Source: a virus
Taxonomy: Duplodnaviria; Caudoviricetes
IMG/VR virus record: IMGVR_UViG_3300008740_000001
Location: 139,860 to 203,859 of that record
DNA: 64,000 nucleotides
Reading direction: 5' to 3' (one strand)
The translations under genes were made by a program, and so were the position numbers. This document shows, one piece after another, positions 27,694 through 37,203 of this stretch. The first letter of the stretch is position 1; each line of letters begins with the position of its first letter. The notes below the pieces were generated by a model that did no database searches, was not told the origin of the DNA, and saw nothing but the letters and a program-made list of their open reading frames with translations.

Positions 27694-29271
27694 TTGTCAA
27701 CGTTTAAATATGATTCAAATACTTCTCTTCACCAGAAGATCTTAAGAGGAGTTAATACTCTGGCCGACAATGTGGCCACAACTCTTGGACCCAAGGGACG
27801 CAATGTAATCTTGAAAGAAAAAGACAAGGCGCCATTCATCACCAAAGATGGAGTAACAGTGGCCAGATTCGTCCATTTAGAAGACGCTTTTGAAGATGCG
27901 GCTGCACAAGTGATCAAGCAAGCCGCAATTGAAACAAACACTCATGCTGGCGATGGCACCACCACCGCTACCGTTCTATCGCGTGATATGCTCATGGAAG
28001 CGCAGAAGTATCTCATGGCAGGGTGCAGTCCTGTTGAACTCAAGCGCGGCATGGACAAGGCTTCTAGGGCGGCTATTGAGCATCTTAGGGAGGCAGCAAC
28101 TCCTGTCAAGACGATCAATGATGTAGAACAGATTGCAACAATCTCCGCAAACAATGACAAGTTCATAGGTAAGCTTATTGCCACCGCCGTTGATAAGGTG
28201 GGCAACGATGGCTCGATTACGATTGAGGAGTCTCGAACGATGGAAACTCATGTTGATATCATGGAGGGCTTTCGGTTTGATTCAGGTTATCGCGCCAACG
28301 CCTTTGTTACTGATGAGCGCCGAGCCACAATGAACTATAACGATCCTTTGATCTTGGTGACAGACTATAAGATTGAAATGGTAGATGATATCTTACCAAC
28401 ACTTGAATTGGTTGCCAGAGAATCACGCCCGCTTATTATTGTTGCTGATGATATCGAAGGTCAAGCTCTCGCCGCACTCATCATGAATACGATGCGCGGG
28501 ACCATGAAGGTTTCGGCAATCAAGGCGCCGAGATACGGCCAAGAGCGCCGAGATATACTGGGAGATCTGGCTCTGTCTGTGGGCGCCACAATGATTAGTC
28601 GCGCTTCAGGACTGAAACTCCGTGACGTTAAATTAACTCACTTGGGCGCCGCCAAGACTGCTGAAAGTAGCAAGACCCACACCACCATTGTTGGCGGGCA
28701 TGCCGATTACGCTGGAATTGAAACAAAGATCCAGTCCTTAAAGGCCGAGATGGAAGCAACCGAATCCCTTCCGGTATGCAAGACCATACAGGAGCGAATT
28801 ACAAGACTCTCAAGCGGCGTCGGCGTTATCTATGTAGGTGCTCCCACACAGGTTGAGATGATCGAGAAGAAGCACAGAATTGAAGATGCGCTGGAAGCTG
28901 TCAAATCAGCACAGGTCGATGGCATCGTCACCGGAGGCGGCACTGCTCTCCTTCGCGTTGCCAACGAGATCGCAGGCCAAATTGAGGTAGACAATGACGA
29001 TCAGCGCCTAGGCGTTGACATTGTGCTGAAGGCGATGACTGCTCCTATTAGGCAAATGGCTCTTAATGCAGGGGTATCTCCAGATTTGATCGTAGAAAAG
29101 GTAACGTCTGCCTCGTATACACACGGCTACGACTTCAGAAGTTTGAAGCAGGTTGATATGATGCAGAGTGGGATTATTGATCCCGTGAAAGTGACCACCA
29201 CTGCGCTGCAAAATGCAGTTTCGGCTACGGGCACGCTCATAACAACAAATTATGCCATTATTCAACGTTGA
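27694..29271 (+). CDS. groEL: Chaperonin GroEL
   Basis: TLGPKGRNV, ITKDGVTVA, AGDGTTTATV, GGGTAL, GIIDPVKV. Confidence 0.96.
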   Translation: MSTFKYDSNTSLHQKILRGVNTLADNVATTLGPKGRNVILKEKDKAPFITKDGVTVARFVHLEDAFEDAAAQVIKQAAIETNTHAGDGTTTATVLSRDMLMEAQKYLMAGCSPVELKRGMDKASRAAIEHLREAATPVKTINDVEQIATISANNDKFIGKLIATAVDKVGNDGSITIEESRTMETHVDIMEGFRFDSGYRANAFVTDERRATMNYNDPLILVTDYKIEMVDDILPTLELVARESRPLIIVADDIEGQALAALIMNTMRGTMKVSAIKAPRYGQERRDILGDLALSVGATMISRASGLKLRDVKLTHLGAAKTAESSKTHTTIVGGHADYAGIETKIQSLKAEMEATESLPVCKTIQERITRLSSGVGVIYVGAPTQVEMIEKKHRIEDALEAVKSAQVDGIVTGGGTALLRVANEIAGQIEVDNDDQRLGVDIVLKAMTAPIRQMALNAGVSPDLIVEKVTSASYTHGYDFRSLKQVDMMQSGIIDPVKVTTTALQNAVSATGTLITTNYAIIQR

Positions 29272-29299
29272 ATCGTTTCAGAAGACTACTTAAAGTGCC

Positions 29300-29596
29300 A
29301 TGCCAGATTTTAATGATCCAAATAACAAAGAAATCGAAATAGATCTTGTCCAATTGGGCGCCCAACTCCAGCGTTTAGTTGACGCAGTTGAGGTTGTCAA
29401 AGACCGGCAAGAACAGATGGCTGAAGACATAGGAAAGATAAAAGAGGCTGTGTACAATCCCGACCAAGGTCTCTACGCACGTCTAAAATCTTTAGAGGCT
29501 TGGAAGGAAACTAGCACGCGCTTAACGTGGATTATTGTTACCACTCTTGCTGGCCTTGCAACCGCCACTTTGTGGAATATGGTTATTAATCAATAA
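29300..29596 (+). CDS. Coiled-coil protein with C-terminal membrane anchor (holin/XhlA-like)
   Basis: Heptad region followed by LTWIIVTTLAGLATATLW. Confidence 0.5.
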   Translation: MPDFNDPNNKEIEIDLVQLGAQLQRLVDAVEVVKDRQEQMAEDIGKIKEAVYNPDQGLYARLKSLEAWKETSTRLTWIIVTTLAGLATATLWNMVINQ

Positions 29597-29602
29597 AAAG
29601 GC

Positions 29603-29631
29603 TTGACGCCTTGTTAACAATGTGTTATATT
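29603..29631 (+). promoter_or_regulatory. sigma70-type promoter
   Basis: TTGACG-17-TATATT. Confidence 0.7.
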
Positions 29632-29648
29632 AAATATTAGGAGTATAT

Positions 29649-30059
29649 ATGTCAACAAAACAACAAAGAGTCAATGTACAGTACTCGGTAAAACTGGAAG
29701 AAGTTCCTAAGTTGGTGTTGGAGTTACTTAGAGAAGTCCATTCTAACTTGGAGCAAGCCATCCCAGCCGATTGGTTTGAGGCAATTCAAACTCAGGCGAC
29801 AGATTATCAGAATTATTCATATGGAGCATCGAAGATCAACGAACTTAGGCTTTTGTTAGCAGAGGCCGATTACCGCTTGTCTGATTGTCAGGCAATGCTT
29901 ACGGGATTGGCCCAGCTAGAAGCCTCTGGAGACGCAGCCCAGCCTGAGCTACCAGACATCGAGAATCGAGTTTCGGATCTAGAAGCCGCTACTGCGGTAA
30001 CGGCTGAATATACGCAGCCGGGCGAGTTGGAAACCCACTCTGGTGATCTCAATGAATAG
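29649..30059 (+). CDS. Hypothetical protein
   Basis: AGGAG RBS. Confidence 0.55.
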   Translation: MSTKQQRVNVQYSVKLEEVPKLVLELLREVHSNLEQAIPADWFEAIQTQATDYQNYSYGASKINELRLLLAEADYRLSDCQAMLTGLAQLEASGDAAQPELPDIENRVSDLEAATAVTAEYTQPGELETHSGDLNE

Positions 30060-30342
30060 ACCACAGTGGACCACGGGTGATTTAGTATACATTCCCTCGA
30101 AGACTAGCTTAGTGAGCCTGACTCAAACTGCTGAAACGGGCATGCAGTCGGTCGAGACGTTTAAAGAGCTAGCGGTACCAGCAACAGTCTTGGTCACGGG
30201 CTATTCTACGCGCCACGATATGTACGAGGTGGTTTTTCAGGGTGCAAAGTGGCTTGTGGGGACCAAGGACACCTATCCCGCCCCAGAAATTAACAAGATT
30301 AAGGAACAGCATGATGGCAGCACAAATTGTCAAGTTCGTTGA
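30043..30342 (+). CDS. Small SH3/KOW-like family protein
   Basis: TGDLVYIP..YEVVF..W. Confidence 0.5.
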   Translation: MISMNRPQWTTGDLVYIPSKTSLVSLTQTAETGMQSVETFKELAVPATVLVTGYSTRHDMYEVVFQGAKWLVGTKDTYPAPEINKIKEQHDGSTNCQVR

Positions 30343-30610
30343 AATAGTACAGAATCATTCGGCAGTGGGGGACAGTTATAATCTGCGTGAAGTGTTCATC
30401 AACCCAAACCATATCGTATATATCCGAGATGAGCCGCATATGAAGCAAAGGCTAGCAGAGGGTAAGCTTGAAGGAATTGATCCGAGACAAGAGTTTACTC
30501 GGATTCATCTTAATCGAGGCAATTCGGGCCTAGACATCACAGTTGTTGGGGATGTAGCTGCTGTTAATGAGAAGATTCGACCCGGCCAGCAAGAATTGTT
30601 GCGAGGGTAG
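30311..30610 (+). CDS. Conserved phage hypothetical protein
   Basis: LREVFINPNHIV..ITVVGD; start inferred at 30311. Confidence 0.55.
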   Translation: MMAAQIVKFVEIVQNHSAVGDSYNLREVFINPNHIVYIRDEPHMKQRLAEGKLEGIDPRQEFTRIHLNRGNSGLDITVVGDVAAVNEKIRPGQQELLRG

Positions 30611-30905
30611 TGTGCTATATCACTATCATATATATGCAAAAGCCAAGTGTCCATACTGCGTAAAGGCAATTAACCTGTTACACGAGATGGGCTACGAGTT
30701 TGTATTAACATTAGTTGATAACTCCCCCGAATACTATCACAAGCTTAAACAGAAGTATGAACATCCGACTGTGCCAATGATAGTAGAGCGCTCCGTCGCG
30801 GGCGATGAGTGGTTTATTGGCGGTTGGTCGGATCTAGAAAAACATTTTGCGGATTACCTAAATGACGATAGCGATACAGAAGTCTCCCCTAACATACCCG
30901 TATGA
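30567..30905 (+). CDS. Glutaredoxin (real start probably 30612)
   Basis: CPYC, PTVPMI, FIGGWSDL. Confidence 0.9.
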   Translation: MRRFDPASKNCCEGSVLYHYHIYAKAKCPYCVKAINLLHEMGYEFVLTLVDNSPEYYHKLKQKYEHPTVPMIVERSVAGDEWFIGGWSDLEKHFADYLNDDSDTEVSPNIPV

Positions 30906-31638
30906 TCGCCCCCGCGTGGGCACTTTGTTATCCGAATATATTCCGACAGGCACAGCTAATATCATAACCCCATTTCTGGGTGGTGGCTCGCTAGAACTTT
31001 CGTTGGCCCATAGGGGCTACAGGGTCACTGGATGCACTGATTTTCGATTACTGTATGACTTTTGGAAGTGCGTGCAAACAGATCCTGAAAGGGTCTATGA
31101 GATGGCAAAGAACTTTCATCCTTTTGAGGATAGCAAGTTATTTTACGCACTCCAAAAGAAAGTGTATCAGCCGCATGATGAATTTCTCAGATCGGCTATT
31201 TTCTGTGTTTTGAATCTGTGCACAATAGAAGGCACTGCCACGTCCGGAGTGTTGGAAAAAAACACGCCTAGATTTAATGATTTGCGACTGATGCAGCTGG
31301 CCCAATATGCGTGTGAGAACTTTCAGGTCCGGTTTAGCCATTATGAAGAAACAATTTCTGCCACGGCAGAGCTTGCTAACACATATTTAATAGCTGCTCC
31401 TCCGCCACTAATATTGGGTGGGATGCCTGCAGCAGTCACAGTGCCAGAAAAGCCACAAATAGATCATATGAAGTTGTTTGAGTTATTGTCAAGCAGGAAC
31501 AACTGGCTTCTCTTATATGATTATCACGAAAAGCTTAGTAAACTCTACAAAGATCACAAGATCATTCTATTGAATGACGGCTACCGCGTTGTAACAAATC
31601 CACAGAAAGCAACGGGAGCCCTGATTGTTGGATCCTAG
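30862..31638 (+). CDS. Dam/D12-class adenine methyltransferase-like protein, catalytic motif degenerate
   Basis: PFLGGGS SAM-binding motif; DPPY position reads AAPPP; W.L.Y. Confidence 0.65.
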   Translation: MTIAIQKSPLTYPYDRPRVGTLLSEYIPTGTANIITPFLGGGSLELSLAHRGYRVTGCTDFRLLYDFWKCVQTDPERVYEMAKNFHPFEDSKLFYALQKKVYQPHDEFLRSAIFCVLNLCTIEGTATSGVLEKNTPRFNDLRLMQLAQYACENFQVRFSHYEETISATAELANTYLIAAPPPLILGGMPAAVTVPEKPQIDHMKLFELLSSRNNWLLLYDYHEKLSKLYKDHKIILLNDGYRVVTNPQKATGALIVGS

Positions 31639-31975
31639 AATAATTTATGGTATGCTGTGCTTTGTCGCAGGCCACACAATAGCGTGGTTCCAAATCAATT
31701 CTCAGTTTGTATGGGGCTGGTGGAAAGACCGGCCCTTATTGGCAGTTTGCCTCTACTCGATTCCAGCCGGCATTTGTTTCTGGCATGGAGCCAAATTCAT
31801 TTTTGAAGCTACGGATGAACTCTGGAGCGCTCGCTTCTTGGCGTTCACGGCATCTTATGTAAGTTTTCCGTTATTGACATGGTATATGTTGGGCGAGTCT
31901 TTTTTTACGCCAAAGACAATCGTTTGTAGTTTGTTGGCATTGACCATTGTATTACTTCAGGTCTTTTGGCGATAG
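31625..31975 (+). CDS. Four-TM membrane protein (DMT/SMR-like)
   Basis: Four hydrophobic helices. Confidence 0.55.
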   Translation: MLDPRIIYGMLCFVAGHTIAWFQINSQFVWGWWKDRPLLAVCLYSIPAGICFWHGAKFIFEATDELWSARFLAFTASYVSFPLLTWYMLGESFFTPKTIVCSLLALTIVLLQVFWR

Positions 31976-31986
31976 TTGACAAATTG

Positions 31987-32002
31987 TACTATTTATAAAT
32001 GC
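31987..32002 (+). promoter_or_regulatory. Candidate late-promoter motif (CTANTTA class)
   Basis: TACTATTTATAAATGC, identical to 17167-17182. Confidence 0.55.
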
Positions 32003-32026
32003 AGATTTATATCGGAGTTGCATTAG

Positions 32027-35000
32027 ATGAAAAGTATGAAGAAGATCCTCGCTGAGTTTCGCGAGTATACCCAAAAAGTAAACTCTCTTGAGAAAGTAAT
32101 CGAAGCCAGAAAAGCGAAACAAAAGCAACTGGGCGAAGATCGAGAAATTCTAGATGAAATTAGTTCGCAGTCCGCTGAGAAGATTTATGATTGGATGCGT
32201 GACACCGATGGCATGCCTTATGATTTCGAGGAGTTGTTTGACGGCGCCATGCGGGTTTACTTTCCGCTAGCCTCCGATGACCAGATGAAGCTGGCTAAGG
32301 TAGTAAAAGAACTGAAATCGGCAAACTGGGGAGTTCCAGAGATCGATATCGGCTATGGTCCACACAAGGCTTTCGAGACAAAAAAGGTAAAGCAAAAACT
32401 CCAGCGCCTTGCTGCAGATGGCGGCGGCGAATACGAAATTGAAGTCGATGTTGCTGACTTACGACTGGTGAGAAAGACGCAAAAAGTGATTCCTGCGGGC
32501 CCAAGAGCCGGCGAGACAGTTGAAAAGAAAGAAGAAACCACTATGAGCAAGGCAATCGCTCGCTTAGTAAAAGGCGGCCAGCTTGATAAGGGAATGTATG
32601 AGTGGTGGCAAGCTAAGCAGGTTTTGTACACTCGCGATGGCCAACACAAGCAGATTGAAAAGGCTTTCAGCGGTGAAGATGGTTCGTCATATTCGGTGGT
32701 CGTTTCACGTCATCCGATTGATGTACTCCGCATGTCTGACATCAGTAACATTCGCTCATGTCACTCTGAAGGCAGCGAATACTTCCACTGTGCGATTGCA
32801 GAAGCCAAGGGTCACGGCCCTATCGCGTATCTGGTGAAGACGGAGGATCTGGAGAATCACTTGATGGACAAAGCGGACGATAGGAATCCGGTTCAGCAGC
32901 TTGGTCATGACCTCACATATTTAGACAGAGATGAATACCGAGAAAAGATCACAACAGAATATGATTTGGATTCCGTTCAGGGCCGCATGTTATACTTGGA
33001 AACATGGGCGCACACTACAGAGGGTGCAAGATGGCTAGCTATGTTCGAACGAGATGTGAAAATGGCGTCTAAGCCAGATCAATTTCGTACTCAGAAATAT
33101 CAGGCTATGACAATAAGGCTGGGCATTTTTGATGGAGGCGAGGCATTACGCGCCTATCACAAGTGGTGGAAATCAGACCGCGCACCCGGTGGGGTTGCAA
33201 TTCATCTTGGTATGAACCAGCCTCCACCCGGCGTCTCAGAAAAAGATTGGAAAGAAGCATATGACGCGGTTTATAACAAGCCGGAAGAAAAGGATACCGG
33301 ACTTAAGCCCTTATCGAATTTCGATGATCAAGAACTGTTCCGAGACAGAGACAGGAGAATTCAAGGCATCGGTGCAGCAGCACGAGTGCGCCTTCGCAAG
33401 TTTGAAGAGCCTATGCGATTCGGCACCTTTGCTGTGCCCGAGGTTCGTGTGTATGGCGCAAATGTGCCCGGCTTTGTTGATTCTGTCAAGGAATGGGCGG
33501 TCGAAGGTCAGCGTGATCAGTTCGTTGGTGACGATGGAGACTTGGCATTTCCCCGCCGAGCAGATTTAACTCGACGCGGGGGCTCTTATGGAGATAATAG
33601 GGATGGAGATATCCTCAATAGGTTCTTTCGGAAAATGGCCAGCGCCGACGACGACGATAGCTGGCGGGAACCATACGATCCACATCAAGACGTATACAAA
33701 GACGACGACGATGAAGAGAACGAAATGGAACAGCGCTGGGAAGAATATGAGCGAGAAACAGAAGAGCTTAACGAGCATGCAAACAATACTCTTAAGCATT
33801 GTTACGCTAGCGGTCATGTTGACGGTGATGAAGAGCCCTATGTCCATGCTGATGGCGGAGTTGAATATGAAATTGATCTAGGCTGGAAGAATTATGTTGA
33901 GGAAGATGGCAAGTATTATCCGGCCGACGCGAATGAAAACATTATAGATGGCTTCGAGATCCCAAAGAGTTGGGGTGGAGACTGGGCAATCCGAAACGCT
34001 TTTGATGGCGCCCTTACAGATCCGGTGGATTATTACCCAGAGGAAACGGATTGGGAAATTGATTCCGGTGGAGATGGAGTGACTCTTCGCGTTCGCCATC
34101 GAATCTCCTGCGATGAATGTACCAATCCGCAGGAATTTGAGTACTTCATTGATATGATGGAGTCTGATATTGACGCCAACTATCGAGAAAATCTAGAGAA
34201 GATTCGCCGTAGCTTGGTCGAGGCAGAATATCTTGCCCCTAACGATTGGGATAATTTAGAAGATGACTTTTCCGAAATGGAAGAATCGCTGAAGAACTGG
34301 AGTGTCATTGGGGTTGGCGATGAAGATGGAGAGGTGATTTTCTCACTTAATCCTGTTGATAGTCTCCCGGGCAGCAATAAGCTATTCACTGGCATCAAGT
34401 GGCCATATCCTTCTGGCTCACACATGTCGAACTTAACCACCTTACAGGGCTTGTTTGGTGGAACAACGGCAACTTTTGGAATCGAAAGGTATGTAAGCCT
34501 CAGTCCAAACGCTAACGAAAGAGGGGGATACTCCAGTGGGCAACAGGGACGAGGCGGCATGTTGTTCGCAAAGCGATTCAGGGGCTTGCAGCAAGCAGCC
34601 AATGAATATGCAAAACGTCAGCTAGATTTAGATTTTGGTCCAGAATACGAGAGAAAGGCGGATCCTTTAGTTGGCCTAGCCAAGAATATTGAACTGGGCA
34701 TTACGCTGGGAACAAACGCTGCGAGCTATACTGAGTCAGACGAGACGCTAGAGCTAGCCTTTCACATGAGGGTCAAGGTGTTCTCAGATCACACATCTGA
34801 TGAGATTGAGGCCGCCTTTAATTTTGTGAAATATATTGATGCCAACATGTCTCTTCTAAAAGAGGTAGTTGTTGCTGCTTTTGACGACGAGATCATAGCA
34901 TGGCACGAACAGCGTAAGGCTGACGAACGTGCGATGACAGACGGCACAAAAATGAAACAACACGCTCGACAGATTAGGTTGCGATGGGATGAAGCCGCCT

Positions 35001-36277
35001 ACGCGGGCAACCAAACTGCCGAAGCTCTCATTATCTTAGTTGATTGGATAGAACAAAACTTTGAAAAGATGAAGACTGAAGCAGAAAGATGGGTGGCGAC
35101 AGATACACTTAGAGAACAAGCTGCGTCTCCCCGTGCAGGCATATGGGACCTTGATAAAGATTTGCCTCACGAATGGACCCAGAGAGTCAAACGCCAGATG
35201 GTGAACTTAGGCGCTACTTTTAGTCAAAAAGAAGCATACAATCCTAATTATCTAAAAGGCAGTCCCAATCCAGAGATTAGCTCTGATGAGTATGCGGCTA
35301 GCCGAGGTATCGATAGCGATGCAGAGATCAATGATGTGCCAGAATTGAAAGAAGAAATTTATAAGAGACTAGATAAAATTGTTATGAAGAAAAAAATAAA
35401 GTCACACCTCGAAGAGAAGTTCAGGCTTCGAAAAGATGAGCAGAGGGAAAAAGTAAAGTCTGAGCTGCAGAAAAAGCTCAGACTTCAGAAGGAAAAGCAG
35501 AAGCAAGATGTCCGGCAGCTGATCAAGAGTAAACTTACTGAGCTTGACACCGGATACACGCAGCGTACTTATAAAATTACGATGCGAATCGCTATGGCAA
35601 AAGAGCACGGCGGCAAGCGCGACGAGACGGAGAACGAGATCCGTGGCGTCCTCGGCGTGGGTACGGTAAAAATTCTTCCGGGTACCACTAGGCAGGACGG
35701 CAGCAACTACTACGCCGATGTTTTGGTCAAGTTCTCACTCCTTGGAAAACATTCAGTGACTCAATACATTCGAAGCCAACTACTTCCCTCAATGCGCAGT
35801 ATCGAGGGCCTTAGTGTGTTGCGGATGGATCGTTATGAGGAAGTAAACCCTCAATCACCGATAGCAGAAACCACTTCAACAAGATTTGCCTATTCCTCCG
35901 ACGCGCCTGACCGGTCCTCGGTGCGACCAACGCCTACGCCAACAATCGATCAGATCGCCCAAGATTGGATGACAACCGGAGAAGATCGAATGGGGATCAA
36001 TGTAAGTAATTTGGCAGCACAGGTGAGACAAGAGACGATGATTCCCGTGGAAGAGTTAATGAGATATTTGGGTACGAATTATTATAGCGCGACCATGACA
36101 GAGTTCGAGGATGCTAAAGAAAAATTGATTAATTATGGCCCCAAAGAGCCTGTTATGATAGCTGTGGGCCGAAATGGTCGAGTTAAGATAATTTCGGGCG
36201 ACGACATCGTAATGGCTGCAAAAGACATAGGCTTAGAAGAGTTGCCAGTTGTGTTCAGCCTGCAGTTACAAGTTTAA
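32027..36277 (+). CDS. 1416-aa multidomain putative virion protein, ParB/Srx-like C-terminus
   Basis: Long ORF; N-terminal ILAE/LEKVIE; C-terminal EPVMIAV..KIISGDDI..AAKDIGLEELPV. Confidence 0.7.
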   Translation: MKSMKKILAEFREYTQKVNSLEKVIEARKAKQKQLGEDREILDEISSQSAEKIYDWMRDTDGMPYDFEELFDGAMRVYFPLASDDQMKLAKVVKELKSANWGVPEIDIGYGPHKAFETKKVKQKLQRLAADGGGEYEIEVDVADLRLVRKTQKVIPAGPRAGETVEKKEETTMSKAIARLVKGGQLDKGMYEWWQAKQVLYTRDGQHKQIEKAFSGEDGSSYSVVVSRHPIDVLRMSDISNIRSCHSEGSEYFHCAIAEAKGHGPIAYLVKTEDLENHLMDKADDRNPVQQLGHDLTYLDRDEYREKITTEYDLDSVQGRMLYLETWAHTTEGARWLAMFERDVKMASKPDQFRTQKYQAMTIRLGIFDGGEALRAYHKWWKSDRAPGGVAIHLGMNQPPPGVSEKDWKEAYDAVYNKPEEKDTGLKPLSNFDDQELFRDRDRRIQGIGAAARVRLRKFEEPMRFGTFAVPEVRVYGANVPGFVDSVKEWAVEGQRDQFVGDDGDLAFPRRADLTRRGGSYGDNRDGDILNRFFRKMASADDDDSWREPYDPHQDVYKDDDDEENEMEQRWEEYERETEELNEHANNTLKHCYASGHVDGDEEPYVHADGGVEYEIDLGWKNYVEEDGKYYPADANENIIDGFEIPKSWGGDWAIRNAFDGALTDPVDYYPEETDWEIDSGGDGVTLRVRHRISCDECTNPQEFEYFIDMMESDIDANYRENLEKIRRSLVEAEYLAPNDWDNLEDDFSEMEESLKNWSVIGVGDEDGEVIFSLNPVDSLPGSNKLFTGIKWPYPSGSHMSNLTTLQGLFGGTTATFGIERYVSLSPNANERGGYSSGQQGRGGMLFAKRFRGLQQAANEYAKRQLDLDFGPEYERKADPLVGLAKNIELGITLGTNAASYTESDETLELAFHMRVKVFSDHTSDEIEAAFNFVKYIDANMSLLKEVVVAAFDDEIIAWHEQRKADERAMTDGTKMKQHARQIRLRWDEAAYAGNQTAEALIILVDWIEQNFEKMKTEAERWVATDTLREQAASPRAGIWDLDKDLPHEWTQRVKRQMVNLGATFSQKEAYNPNYLKGSPNPEISSDEYAASRGIDSDAEINDVPELKEEIYKRLDKIVMKKKIKSHLEEKFRLRKDEQREKVKSELQKKLRLQKEKQKQDVRQLIKSKLTELDTGYTQRTYKITMRIAMAKEHGGKRDETENEIRGVLGVGTVKILPGTTRQDGSNYYADVLVKFSLLGKHSVTQYIRSQLLPSMRSIEGLSVLRMDRYEEVNPQSPIAETTSTRFAYSSDAPDRSSVRPTPTPTIDQIAQDWMTTGEDRMGINVSNLAAQVRQETMIPVEELMRYLGTNYYSATMTEFEDAKEKLINYGPKEPVMIAVGRNGRVKIISGDDIVMAAKDIGLEELPVVFSLQLQV

Positions 36278-36355
36278 AGTTTTTTACCTATTCTCCTGAA
36301 AAACCGTTTTAAGCTCATAGTTACTTATGGGTAAAGAGGCTTTTGTCTCGATGGT

Positions 36356-37186
36356 GTGAGGGAGGATCTATTTTTGAAATGGGTAAAATATTTCGTAAGA
36401 ACAATAGTGTTGTCACTTCTAGCAGTGTTGGTTCTGCCAGTTGCAATACAAAACGACGGCCCGGGCCGCGTAATCGAAAGTGCGAGAGAGAGAACGTTTG
36501 AGACGGTAGAACAGACTACACGAGATCTTACAACAGCACAGATAGCAAGCTTGAGTCGATCACAGTTGGTGTCTAGAAGGACCGCTGTAAAAGTGTGGTG
36601 CGCAAACCCACTCAGCGATGACGTGCGCGGCAGCGGAACATATGTAAAATACAAGGGACGATACTTGGTCATCACGGCAGCACACGTCGTCTCGCCATCC
36701 TTTCTTCCGCCAGAATTGCAAAGCGCAAATGAGATATCTGTAGAGCCATCTTCGGGCCAGACTTTTGGCGCTGAAGTTGTCTATGTGGATAAGGATCAGG
36801 ATATTGCTATATTGTTACTGCCAAATCGCTTACCGGATATGATTCCCGTGAAGCTTGACTTGGCCAGTCCGTTTGATGTGAAGATCGGAGATCCAATTGT
36901 TTATACCGGCTCGCCTTCGCATCATGATAATTTAACTATTTTTGGCAGAGTCGCAGGAAATACCGATGGAGGCGACTTCTTAATGCATTCATACGCATGG
37001 CCCGGCGCTTCCGGCGCAGGAGTCTTCGATTCCCGAGGTCGCTTAGTAGGCGTATTATATGGCATAGATATGGGTGTCGGCCCCGGAGGTATTCCAACAA
37101 TGGTCGAGGATATAGTATACTTTACTCCTATTTGGAGAATCGCTCAAGATTTATTGAACACTAAGTTGGAGGAACAAGGTAAATAG
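36356..37186 (+). CDS. Trypsin-like serine protease with N-terminal membrane anchor
   Basis: ITAAHVV (His), QDIAIL (Asp), PGASGAGV (Ser). Confidence 0.85.
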   Translation: MREDLFLKWVKYFVRTIVLSLLAVLVLPVAIQNDGPGRVIESARERTFETVEQTTRDLTTAQIASLSRSQLVSRRTAVKVWCANPLSDDVRGSGTYVKYKGRYLVITAAHVVSPSFLPPELQSANEISVEPSSGQTFGAEVVYVDKDQDIAILLLPNRLPDMIPVKLDLASPFDVKIGDPIVYTGSPSHHDNLTIFGRVAGNTDGGDFLMHSYAWPGASGAGVFDSRGRLVGVLYGIDMGVGPGGIPTMVEDIVYFTPIWRIAQDLLNTKLEEQGK

Positions 37187-37203
37187 CTAGGAGGTGTGAG
37201 ACC

